Positions 9,579 to 17,849 of a stretch of DNA of 64,000 bases are shown piece after piece. The stretch comes from a virus, in IMG/VR virus record IMGVR_UViG_3300043446_003177, positions 1 to 64,000 of that record, one strand, 5' to 3'. A program made the translations under genes and the position numbers. The number at the start of each line of letters is the position of its first letter. Positions within the stretch are counted from its first letter, which is position 1. Under the pieces are notes generated by a model. It was not told the origin of the DNA. It saw only the letters and a program-made list of their open reading frames with translations, and made no database searches.

Positions 9579-12500
9579 ATGGCTAAAAGATTAAAATATA
9601 ATTATACTTTTACTCCTTCAACAAACACATTAGTTGTTGATGGGCATGTTGATTCAATTAGATTGCTTTTAGTTACTAATGTTACTCGCGGAATTATAAT
9701 TTATAATTTCTCCGATCCTAGTTTAGGAGCATCTTCGTCATCTTACGATAGTACTACAAATAAAACAACTTTTGTTTTAGAATACGACTGCTCTGCAATG
9801 TCTGCGACAGATCATATTCAGGTTTTTGCTGAAGATGATTATCAGTATATGGAACCAAGTGAAACATATACTGATCCAGTCAATAAGTTTAGAACTTCTC
9901 AGGCACAGGCACTGATTGATACTGACTTTGAATATGGATCTCAGATTACTAAGTGGGAAAATCTGGGAATGATTGCAAATAGACCATTTGCATTTTCATA
10001 TTCTATTCCAATTGCTGGTATTACTAGTGTTAGTATGGAAACTGGAAGTAGAACAGTTTCTATTGGTTTTAATACTACAGCAGTTCCTGCTCAGTTCACT
10101 CCTATATTTGTTTATGATACGTTTTTACCAATTGCGAATGGAAATTTTGTCGTAGAGCAATCATTTCAGAATACCTCTACCGGTGTTGGGATTATTACAT
10201 ATACGGGAAGAGCGGTAAATACAACAGGAATTACAAGCATTTTTGATACAAATAAGACGGGAATTTATACTGGAGCGACATTCACAAACGTTGCGATTGG
10301 AACTAATCCTTCAAAATTTGATGTCTCCTCAGGATTTGCAGTTACTGTAACCACTCCGGTTGCTCATGGACTTTCCGTTGGTAATGAAGTTGCGATTACA
10401 AATATTACTGGTACAAATCCCCCAAACGGATCTTTTACTGTAGTATCTGTAGCTTCTAGTGATAAATTTACCATTTACTCTCCAGGTGGAGTTCCAAGTG
10501 GATTAACAACTACAAGTTCTAGAGTTTTTGTAAGACCACAGGCTCAGTTTTTACATAGACCAGTTGATGGTGGCGTGGTATTTACGAATGGTGGTGGTGG
10601 AAATTATGAGCAGGCTGTTCGTCAAACAAGAAGATATTTCCGTTATCAATCTGGTAAAGGAATTCAGGCAAGTTCTGGTACTATTTTAAAACCAAACCTA
10701 CAATTAGATTCTTTAACATCATCAGGAACAGTAATTACTGTAACAACTAAAGAACCACATAATATTTTAAATATCATTCCTGGTACTGAAATAAGAATTC
10801 AAGGTGCAAATGAATCAGAATATAATGGTACATTTACTGTAGACTCTGTAACTGGATTTAATCAGTTTACATTCATAGCAAATTCCCAACCATCAAAAAC
10901 TACAGCATCTGGAAATTATTCGATGTCTGTGACGAAATGGTATGGTGCTGTAAATAGACTTGGAATTTTTGATTCACAGAATGGAATGTTCTTTGAATTT
11001 GATGGTATTAATTTATATGCAGTTAGAAGAACTTCAACATTCCAAATATCAGGTAAAGTAACAGTAACTCAAGGTCAAAACACAGTAACTCAATCAAGTA
11101 GTTCCTTCCCAACATATTTTTCTAAGCAATTAGCGGTAGGAGATAGTATTGTTATTCGTGGGCAGACTTATAGAATTATAGAAATTGCAAGTGATACTTC
11201 TATGACCATTACTCCTTCTTATAGAGGAAGTACTGCTTCGTTTGCTATTTGCTCAAGAACAGTCGATATAAAGTACCCTCAATCTCAGTGGACTCTTGAT
11301 AAATGTGATGGTACAGGCCCTTCTGGATATAACTTAGATATATCCAAGATGCAGATGTTCTACATTGATTATTCTTGGTATGGTGCTGGATTTATTCGCT
11401 ATGGATTTAGAGGAAATAATGGAAATGTATTCTATGCTCATAAGATTCCGAACAATAATGTAAACTATGAAGCTTACATGAGATCTGGTAACTTACCAGC
11501 AAGATATGAAAGTGCTACTGAACCACCAAGGACTGCTATAACAACAAGTGTTACGACTACAGACACTTATATTGGTATAGGAAGCACTGCTGGATTCCCT
11601 CCTAGTGGAACTATAAAAGTAGGAACTACAAATTTTGAGTTTATTAACTATACTGGAATTGGAACAACTGCTCTTACTGGACTTATTAGAGAAAAAACTG
11701 GATACCCAACGGGTATTGCAATGACTGCCGTTCAAGGTAGTAGTAAAGTTTCAATCGCACAAACTGGAAACCTACAAATAGGACAAAGAGTTCTAGGTCA
11801 TGCGTTCCCTGATAATACTTTTGTTATTGCAATTGGTGTTGGAACAATGACTGTAAGTCAGTCCGCAACAGCAAGTATCACTGGTGTTGCTCAAACAGTT
11901 TATCCGATTGGAATTGGAACTATTAGATCATTCACTTATTCTGAGACTAATCCAATTGGTGTCGAACTAGCCTTCCCAACATTTGGACCTTCTATCTCGC
12001 ACTGGGGAACAAGTGTAATTATGGATGGTAGATTCGATGATGATAAATCATTGGTCTTTACTTATGGACAGGAACGTGCTTCTGCTGCAGTTTCTCCTGG
12101 TGCATCAAGAGCTCTATTTGCAATTCGCGTAGCACCTTCTGTTGATAATGGTATTGCTGCAGGATTTGGTCAAAGAGAATTGACCAATAGAATGCAGTTA
12201 GTTCTTCGTACTCTTGATATTACAGTTAATGGTGGTGTTTCTGCAAACGCTAACTTGCTTGTTCGTACATATCTTAATTCCGTTCCTTCGATTGGAGTTA
12301 CTTGGACAAACGCTGTAGGTAACGTTCCAAACCAAGCAAACTCTAGTTTTGCACAAATCGCAGATTATCCTTTCGGAGTTGGATCTGCAACCACAGTTAC
12401 AGTTAATGGTGGAGAAGTTGTTGCTGGATTCTTTGTAGGATCTGGTGCAAACTCTATTGAACTTGATAGAGTTAGAGATCTTGGTAATTCTATTCAAGGT

Positions 12501-12653
12501 GGTGGAGGCCATCCGATTGTTGGTGCTGCTGCAACTTCTGCATCTGGAATTTATCCTGATGGTCCAGATACTCTAACGATTGTTGTTACAAACGTTGGAT
12601 CTGGTATTGCAACAGTAAGTGGTCGTCTCTCTTGGACAGAAGCACAAGCATAA
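9579..12653 (+). CDS. Virion structural protein, paralog of 49932..55067
   Basis: Shares LIDTDFEYG.Q..KWE, RQTRRYF.YQSGKGIQ, M.Y.DYSWYGAG.IRYG and the C-terminal W.E.Q. ending with 49932..55067. Confidence 0.7.
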   Translation: MAKRLKYNYTFTPSTNTLVVDGHVDSIRLLLVTNVTRGIIIYNFSDPSLGASSSSYDSTTNKTTFVLEYDCSAMSATDHIQVFAEDDYQYMEPSETYTDPVNKFRTSQAQALIDTDFEYGSQITKWENLGMIANRPFAFSYSIPIAGITSVSMETGSRTVSIGFNTTAVPAQFTPIFVYDTFLPIANGNFVVEQSFQNTSTGVGIITYTGRAVNTTGITSIFDTNKTGIYTGATFTNVAIGTNPSKFDVSSGFAVTVTTPVAHGLSVGNEVAITNITGTNPPNGSFTVVSVASSDKFTIYSPGGVPSGLTTTSSRVFVRPQAQFLHRPVDGGVVFTNGGGGNYEQAVRQTRRYFRYQSGKGIQASSGTILKPNLQLDSLTSSGTVITVTTKEPHNILNIIPGTEIRIQGANESEYNGTFTVDSVTGFNQFTFIANSQPSKTTASGNYSMSVTKWYGAVNRLGIFDSQNGMFFEFDGINLYAVRRTSTFQISGKVTVTQGQNTVTQSSSSFPTYFSKQLAVGDSIVIRGQTYRIIEIASDTSMTITPSYRGSTASFAICSRTVDIKYPQSQWTLDKCDGTGPSGYNLDISKMQMFYIDYSWYGAGFIRYGFRGNNGNVFYAHKIPNNNVNYEAYMRSGNLPARYESATEPPRTAITTSVTTTDTYIGIGSTAGFPPSGTIKVGTTNFEFINYTGIGTTALTGLIREKTGYPTGIAMTAVQGSSKVSIAQTGNLQIGQRVLGHAFPDNTFVIAIGVGTMTVSQSATASITGVAQTVYPIGIGTIRSFTYSETNPIGVELAFPTFGPSISHWGTSVIMDGRFDDDKSLVFTYGQERASAAVSPGASRALFAIRVAPSVDNGIAAGFGQRELTNRMQLVLRTLDITVNGGVSANANLLVRTYLNSVPSIGVTWTNAVGNVPNQANSSFAQIADYPFGVGSATTVTVNGGEVVAGFFVGSGANSIELDRVRDLGNSIQGGGGHPIVGAAATSASGIYPDGPDTLTIVVTNVGSGIATVSGRLSWTEAQA

Positions 12654-12679
12654 TAATCGATATACAATATAAAAGTATG

Positions 12680-12712
12680 AGGAGAGAAGCATTGACTTCT
12701 CTCCTTTTTTTT
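12680..12712 (+). terminator. Rho-independent terminator overlapping a sigma70-like promoter
   Basis: AGGAGAGAAG-cattga-CTTCTCTCCT followed by a T-run; TTGACT(12692)-17 nt-TAAAAT(12715). Confidence 0.8.
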
Positions 12713-12761
12713 AGTAAAATGTATTGAGGCTAAATAAGTAAAAAATCATTTATAAAGAATT

Positions 12762-13001
12762 ATGAAATTTACGGTTTATTCTAAAGATGGTTGCCCATAC
12801 TGCAGTAAGATTGAACAAGTTTTAAAACTTACAGAACTTCAGCATGTTGTCTACAAGTTAGATAGAGATTTTAATAGAGATGAGTTTTACTCCGAATTTG
12901 GAAATGGATCCACTTTTCCACAAGTAGTTTTAAACGATCAAACCCATCTTGGCGGATGCACCGATACAGTTCAATACCTCAAGGAGAATAATTTAGTCTA
13001 A
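12762..13001 (+). CDS. nrdC: Glutaredoxin
   Basis: CPYC active site, TFPQV and LGGCTD motifs, 79 aa. Confidence 0.9.
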   Translation: MKFTVYSKDGCPYCSKIEQVLKLTELQHVVYKLDRDFNRDEFYSEFGNGSTFPQVVLNDQTHLGGCTDTVQYLKENNLV

Positions 13002-13360
13002 TGGGATCTTCTTTTCACGAAGTTTATTTCGATGTTGAAAAGGCAATTGATCTTGCTTTTACTGGTCATTTTGTGTTAAAATTTTACGACTATCTGAAAA
13101 TTCGCGGAGCCAAAAAATACGAAGTTGAAGAATTTATTGAAAGTGCAACTGCAAATAATATCAATAATTTGGTAATGGATCTTGATGAATACCTTGAAGG
13201 TGGTTCGGATAATATTCATAAACAATTGAGGGAAGCATATGGGCACATTCCAAAACCTCAGGCAAGAAAAATTAGAGATTATCTCTATGGAATACTAGAA
13301 GATTCTTGGAAGTACAGTTATGATAAGCGACCAGGAAGACGAAAAAAGGAATCTAAATAA
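13001..13360 (+). CDS. Hypothetical protein of conserved cyanophage type
   Basis: 119-aa ORF translationally coupled to the glutaredoxin (TAATG). Confidence 0.7.
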   Translation: MGSSFHEVYFDVEKAIDLAFTGHFVLKFYDYLKIRGAKKYEVEEFIESATANNINNLVMDLDEYLEGGSDNIHKQLREAYGHIPKPQARKIRDYLYGILEDSWKYSYDKRPGRRKKESK

Positions 13361-13550
13361 TAAAGAACCTCATATCAATAGAGGTTTTGAGTTATTACTT
13401 AGAAATAGGAGGAGAAACCAAGAGAATCCAAAGTCAATTATGTTGAGGTTTGGTAAAATGGTTTCTCTCTTTTACCGAGAGATTCATTTTTATTTTGAAA
13501 TATCTTTGGACTTTAAAAAAAGTAAATCTCGGGAGAATAAAAAATGTTAG
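13320..13550 (+). CDS. Possible small hypothetical protein; start uncertain
   Basis: Fills the gap between neighbouring genes on the same strand. Confidence 0.35.
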   Translation: MISDQEDEKRNLNNKEPHINRGFELLLRNRRRNQENPKSIMLRFGKMVSLFYREIHFYFEISLDFKKSKSRENKKC

Positions 13551-13783
13551 CAGTAACTTTAACCATCACAACATTAATTTCGATAATGTTCTTTTTTGTT
13601 GGCGGGATTGTTGGGTGGATATCAAAGCAACATTTTTATGAAAAAAATTACATTGCATCATTAAATACTCACCCCGAAATGTTTGATAGAAACGGGAATA
13701 TTATTCCTGATGAAATAATCGCACTACGAATTGAAAATGACTATGACTACGACGACATCGAAGACGAAGAAGACGGAAACTGA
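13544..13783 (+). CDS. Small membrane-anchored hypothetical protein
   Basis: Hydrophobic N-terminal helix, HPEMFD.NGN.IPDE motif, acidic tail. Confidence 0.7.
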   Translation: MLAVTLTITTLISIMFFFVGGIVGWISKQHFYEKNYIASLNTHPEMFDRNGNIIPDEIIALRIENDYDYDDIEDEEDGN

Positions 13784-14303
13784 ACTACCAACAAATCCGT
13801 TTGTTTTTGAAATTTTAGAATTAGCATCAAAACAAAGATCTAATAGTAAGAAAGTAGAAATTCTTAAAACCTACGAACACGACTCCCTTAAGGTAATTTT
13901 TGTTTGGAATTTTGACTCCAGCGTAATTTCTCTTTTACCAGAGGGAGAAGTTCCTTATGCAGAAATTAAAGACCAAAGTGTTTATAGCGGAACTTTATCT
14001 GAAAATCTTTCAAGAGAATCTGCTGGTGGAGAATCAGCTACAGGGCAGGATATGGATGGAAGAGGTAAGACCTCTTTGAGAAGAGAATATCAGAATCTTT
14101 ATCACTATGTAAAAGGAGGGAACGATAGTCTTTCTTCTATTCGTAGAGAAATGATGTTTATTAACCTTCTTCAGGGACTTCATCCAAAAGAAGCAGAACT
14201 TGTTTGTCTAGTAAAGGATAAAAAACTTTCTGATAAATATAAAATTACTTTTGAAAATGTAAAAGAAGCCTATCCGGACATTAAGTGGGGAGGTCGTTCG
14301 TGA
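13737..14303 (+). CDS. Conserved T4-like hypothetical protein; start approximate
   Basis: LPEGEVPY and RREMMFINLLQGLHPKEAEL motifs. Confidence 0.7.
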   Translation: MTMTTTTSKTKKTETELPTNPFVFEILELASKQRSNSKKVEILKTYEHDSLKVIFVWNFDSSVISLLPEGEVPYAEIKDQSVYSGTLSENLSRESAGGESATGQDMDGRGKTSLRREYQNLYHYVKGGNDSLSSIRREMMFINLLQGLHPKEAELVCLVKDKKLSDKYKITFENVKEAYPDIKWGGRS

Positions 14304-14632
14304 CAAAAGTATTGGAGAAACAAATGTCTAAGCAAAGAGTGGATGAAAATACAAATGATCCTTCATCGTATGGATGTGAGGTTCTTCTTGAAAAAACTAC
14401 TTTGCAACAAGCAAAAGATCCTTCATTTCCAACTGATGCCTATTTGGTAACATATATTGTTGATGGACAAGAATGTTTGGATCTTTGTAGAGGTGGTAAG
14501 AGAGTAAATATTTTTGATTTTTATTATGATAAGTATGGCCCAGGGTCCTTACAAAAAATCAATTGGGGATATGGAAAAGTAAATCCCAGATCCTGGGGAT
14601 ACAAAGCACCTGAGAAGAAGAAAAGAAAATGA
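14300..14632 (+). CDS. Hypothetical protein
   Basis: GTG start overlapping the upstream stop; FDFYYDKYG...WGYG.VNP motif. Confidence 0.65.
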   Translation: MTKVLEKQMSKQRVDENTNDPSSYGCEVLLEKTTLQQAKDPSFPTDAYLVTYIVDGQECLDLCRGGKRVNIFDFYYDKYGPGSLQKINWGYGKVNPRSWGYKAPEKKKRK

Positions 14633-14832
14633 GTGAAGGATTTAATAATAATGAACTGAAAGTTACAGTTCATACCGATGAAGTTCAAAAAATTCTTAAA
14701 GATTATAAGAGAATTAAAAGATACATGAAATCCTCTATTTTTGAAGTCAAGAATATGGATGGAACTGAAAAAGTAGTTAAAAATTTGTTAAAACATTTAG
14801 ACGACAACAATGGGGAAACATTATCTTCTTAA
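14629..14832 (+). CDS. Hypothetical protein
   Basis: ATGA overlap with the upstream gene; 67 aa. Confidence 0.6.
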   Translation: MSEGFNNNELKVTVHTDEVQKILKDYKRIKRYMKSSIFEVKNMDGTEKVVKNLLKHLDDNNGETLSS

Positions 14833-15136
14833 CCTATATGGATGTTCGTTTGTTCTTTTGAACAACGAGCGTTGTCTTATTGACTTATTAGAGTGTGCAG
14901 CAGAAGCAAGCGGTGCTACTGTGGTTCAAACTATATCTAAAAAGTTTGAACCACAAGGAGTAACCGTTATTTGTTTGTTGTCTGAAAGTCATATTAGTAT
15001 TCATACATGGCCAGAAGAAGGTAAGGCAGCAGTAGATGTATATACCTGTGGCGATTGTAATCCAAAGATTGGATGTGATATGATCATCCATCAACTTTTT
15101 GCTACTAATCATACGTTAAGTTATATTGAGAGATAG
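14810..15136 (+). CDS. speD: S-adenosylmethionine decarboxylase proenzyme (class 1B)
   Basis: GKHYLLNLYGC, FEPQGVT, LSESHISIHTWPE (E|S pyruvoyl cleavage site) and AAVDVYTCG. Confidence 0.93.
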   Translation: MGKHYLLNLYGCSFVLLNNERCLIDLLECAAEASGATVVQTISKKFEPQGVTVICLLSESHISIHTWPEEGKAAVDVYTCGDCNPKIGCDMIIHQLFATNHTLSYIER

Positions 15137-15142
15137 AAAAAT

Positions 15143-15158
15143 TGTATCAGGAAATACA
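15143..15158 (+). promoter_or_regulatory. NtcA-type binding site
   Basis: TGTATCAGGAAATACA matches TGTA-N8-TACA and sits just upstream of a sigma70-like promoter. Confidence 0.65.
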
Positions 15159-15166
15159 CACAAAAC

Positions 15167-15195
15167 TTGCTATATAAGTTGAATAGGGGTATAGT
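15167..15195 (+). promoter_or_regulatory. Sigma70-like promoter
   Basis: TTGCTA-17 nt-TATAGT; the predicted start near 15202 lies just before the CGTTCA aptamer 5' strand. Confidence 0.55.
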
Positions 15196-15205
15196 AATCC
15201 CCTAA

Positions 15206-15510
15206 CGTTCATCCTATGACTAAAGCACTTTTGCTTTTGGCATGGGTTCCACTTCTTTCTGTCTCTACGCCACGACTTATTCAAAATCCATATCCTGTGA
15301 CTATAAGTTGTGACGCGGCGTGGGAACTAATGGACATCGTTAAAAACGACGATGTAGTTTATCAGAAAAAAGAAGACCAACTGCTATTAGAACTCCGAAA
15401 GGATGTTATTCAAAGGTGCTAAAATTAAATAGGACGCAAGTAGGACGGCGGAACGGATCGTTCATTCGCTATTCGCAAATAGCGAACGCAAACCGCCTGA
15501 AGGAACGGGA
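15206..15510 (+). ncRNA. Tandem glutamine riboswitch-like leader (glnA/Downstream-peptide family); first unit encloses an ORF
   Basis: Unit 1: CGTTCA(15206), TCCTAT/ATAGGA stem, CGCAAG, GGAACG(15450-55). Unit 2: CGTTCA(15459), perfect 9-bp hairpin TTCGCTATT-CGCA-AATAGCGAA, CGCAAA, GAAGGAACGGG(15499-509). Lies upstream of a DUF4278-type ORF. Confidence 0.75.
15216..15422 (+). CDS. Small protein (68 aa) nested inside riboswitch unit 1
   Basis: Signal-like hydrophobic N-terminus and C-x35-C; apparent paralog at 62437..62604. Confidence 0.65.
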   Translation: MTKALLLLAWVPLLSVSTPRLIQNPYPVTISCDAAWELMDIVKNDDVVYQKKEDQLLLELRKDVIQRC

Positions 15511-15539
15511 CTAACCATCTCATTCTGGAGGAATCCCCA

Positions 15540-15677
15540 ATGTCTAAAGTAGTTTACCGTGGCGTTGAATACGATACGCAAAAGCGTTTAGAGTATCAAC
15601 AGCAGATGATGCAACAACCCCAACAATACAACGAAACCTATCGTGGTGTTAAGTTTGTAAAGGAGGGGCATAAGTGA
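15540..15677 (+). CDS. DUF4278-type 'downstream peptide' (45 aa, Gln-rich); absent from the ORF track
   Basis: MSKVVYRGVEYDTQKRLEYQQQMMQQPQQYNETYRGVKFVKEGHK has two YRGV motifs; GGAGGA RBS at 15527-32. Confidence 0.85.
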   Translation: MSKVVYRGVEYDTQKRLEYQQQMMQQPQQYNETYRGVKFVKEGHK

Positions 15678-15775
15678 TGCAGAAACTAAACTTCCTACAA
15701 ATTATCAAAGAAAAGAAGCAAAAAGAAGAAAGGCTTCGTAAAGCGTCTATTGCTACTCTGGTAGCATCAAAATAA
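15677..15775 (+). CDS. Small basic peptide (32 aa); absent from the ORF track
   Basis: MQKLNFLQIIKEKKQKEERLRKASIATLVASK; TGATG overlap, AGGAGG RBS at 15661, followed by a terminator. Confidence 0.65.
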   Translation: MQKLNFLQIIKEKKQKEERLRKASIATLVASK

Positions 15776-15778
15776 TTC

Positions 15779-15808
15779 AGAGGGGGACTTGACTCCCCCT
15801 CTTTTTTT
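15779..15808 (+). terminator. Rho-independent terminator overlapping a sigma70-like promoter
   Basis: AGAGGGGGA...TCCCCCTCT hairpin plus T-run; TTGACT(15789)-17 nt-TAGAAT(15812). Confidence 0.8.
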
Positions 15809-15840
15809 GTGTAGAATTATCCTTGTCGAGGTTGATAAAA

Positions 15841-16080
15841 ATGGATAGAGAAAAGCTTAAGCTAATCATAAAAAACCTTGAGTCTCTTGTTGAATGTCTC
15901 AAATCAGAAGTTTATTCTGATGTTAACTCTTATAAACAAGATATGAGATATGAAGAAGTAGCTCCATATATTGATGATTATGATGAGATTTTTTATGATG
16001 ATGAAGGAGATGATGATTTATTCAAATCAGTAAATCAAAAGTATAAACTAACAAACGATGATGATGGAGACGGATTGTGA
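15841..16080 (+). CDS. Acidic hypothetical protein
   Basis: MDREKLKLIIKNLESLVECLKSEVYSD with a D/E-rich tail. Confidence 0.7.
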   Translation: MDREKLKLIIKNLESLVECLKSEVYSDVNSYKQDMRYEEVAPYIDDYDEIFYDDEGDDDLFKSVNQKYKLTNDDDGDGL

Positions 16081-16802
16081 ATCTAATTAACGAAGAATTT
16101 GAATTCATGAAACCAGAAGTAAAACTGATCAGCGTTACTCCTGATGCAGAGAAACATATGGCTTACTGTGCCCGAGTAAGTAATCCACAGAATCAGGAGA
16201 ATGAAAAGTTTTCTGGACTGCTCAAGTATTGCATTCAACATCAACACTGGAGCATTTTTGAGCAGGCAATGATGACGGTTGAGATCAATACTACAAGAGG
16301 TATCGCGGCTCAAATCCTTCGTCATAGGTCTTTTACATATCAAGAATTTTCACAACGGTATGCTGATACAAATCTTTTGAATAAGACAATTCCACTTCCA
16401 GAACTTCGTCGTCAAGATACAAAGAATCGTCAGAATAGTATCGATGACCTTCCTGATTATCTCAAACTTACCTTGCTTGAAGATATTCGCGTTCTCTTTG
16501 AGCACTCTCAGCGCCTCTACAATCGCCTTCTAGAGAAGGGAGTAGCAAAGGAGTGTGCAAGGTTTGTATTGCCCCTAGCGACGCCTACACGCCTCTATAT
16601 GACCGGTTCTGTGAGGTCATGGCTACATTATATCGATCTTCGATCTGCACATGGTACACAGAAAGAACATATGGAGATTGCAGAACTTATTCGTTGTATT
16701 TTTATCTGCCAGTTTCCTGCAGTTTCTGAAGCAATGGGTTGGGTTCGCGGAGATCATTGTGCTGATTGTGAAAGCGTTCAACCATCAGTTCGCATAGACT
16801 AA
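16077..16802 (+). CDS. thyX: Flavin-dependent thymidylate synthase
   Basis: RHRSFTYQEFSQRY ThyX signature, H.SIFE, ECARFVLP, TQKEH. True start may be 16107. Confidence 0.95.
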   Translation: MNLINEEFEFMKPEVKLISVTPDAEKHMAYCARVSNPQNQENEKFSGLLKYCIQHQHWSIFEQAMMTVEINTTRGIAAQILRHRSFTYQEFSQRYADTNLLNKTIPLPELRRQDTKNRQNSIDDLPDYLKLTLLEDIRVLFEHSQRLYNRLLEKGVAKECARFVLPLATPTRLYMTGSVRSWLHYIDLRSAHGTQKEHMEIAELIRCIFICQFPAVSEAMGWVRGDHCADCESVQPSVRID

Positions 16803-16831
16803 ATATTCTTATACAAAATGGAGGTGTAACA

Positions 16832-17080
16832 TTGCCTACTTATCCTGTTATTAATAAAGTTACTGGTGAGCAAAAAGAAGTTACCATGAGTATCCATGTC
16901 TGGGATCAATGGAAAGAAGAAAATCCAGACTGGGATAGGGATTGGTCAGATCCTTCAACTTGCCCTTCTTCGGGCGAGATTGGTGAGGTTTATGATAAAT
17001 TGAAGAAGTCTCATCCAGGGTGGAATGATGTCCTCCATAAAGTATCAAAAGCTCCAAAGTCACAAGTAAAACCTGTCTGA
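16832..17080 (+). CDS. Small conserved hypothetical protein (MPTY start, FmdB-like)
   Basis: TTG start with GGAGGT RBS; located between thyX and phoH. Confidence 0.65.
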   Translation: MPTYPVINKVTGEQKEVTMSIHVWDQWKEENPDWDRDWSDPSTCPSSGEIGEVYDKLKKSHPGWNDVLHKVSKAPKSQVKPV

Positions 17081-17090
17081 TTTTTTTCAT

Positions 17091-17849
17091 ATGGCTAGAA
17101 ATAGAAGAAGAGGAAACGATCAACCAATTGGCGTTGGTATGACTGCAAAACAAATGAAACGCAAGAAACCAATCAATTGGGATTTGCTTTTAGACATTGA
17201 TCCTCTTACAAATAATCAGACTCGATTGTTTGATTCTTATAAGAAAGGTAAAAACATTGTTGCATATGGTGCTGCTGGAACAGGTAAAACTTTTATTACT
17301 TTCTACAATGCTTTGCGTGACGTTCTAGATGAAAATACGCCTTACGAAAAAGTATATATTGTTAGGTCTCTTGTTGCTACTCGTGAAATTGGGTTTCTTC
17401 CTGGTGATCATGAAGACAAGTCCTCACTTTATCAAATTCCTTACAAGAATATGGTGAAGTATATGTTTAGTATGCCTGATGATGCATCGTTTGAGATGCT
17501 CTACGGCAATCTAAAAGCACAAGAAACTATCAAGTTCTGGAGCACCTCTTTTATTCGTGGAACAACTCTCGATAATGCAATTATTATTGTAGATGAATTC
17601 CAAAACTTGAACTTTCACGAATTAGATAGTATAATTACTCGTGTTGGCGAGAACAGTAAAATTTGTTTCTGTGGTGATGCAACTCAGTCTGATCTAACAA
17701 AAACAAATGAACGCAACGGTATTATTGATTTTATGTCTATTTTGAGAGCAATGCCTTCATTTGATGTTATCGAATTTGGTGTTGAAGATATTGTGAGATC
17801 TGGTCTTGTTAAGGAGTATATTATCGCTAAGATGGAATTAAATCTGTAA
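17091..17849 (+). CDS. phoH: PhoH-family ATPase
   Basis: GAAGTGKT Walker A, GFLPG, RGTTL, IIVDEFQN, GDATQSDL. Confidence 0.95.
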   Translation: MARNRRRGNDQPIGVGMTAKQMKRKKPINWDLLLDIDPLTNNQTRLFDSYKKGKNIVAYGAAGTGKTFITFYNALRDVLDENTPYEKVYIVRSLVATREIGFLPGDHEDKSSLYQIPYKNMVKYMFSMPDDASFEMLYGNLKAQETIKFWSTSFIRGTTLDNAIIIVDEFQNLNFHELDSIITRVGENSKICFCGDATQSDLTKTNERNGIIDFMSILRAMPSFDVIEFGVEDIVRSGLVKEYIIAKMELNL

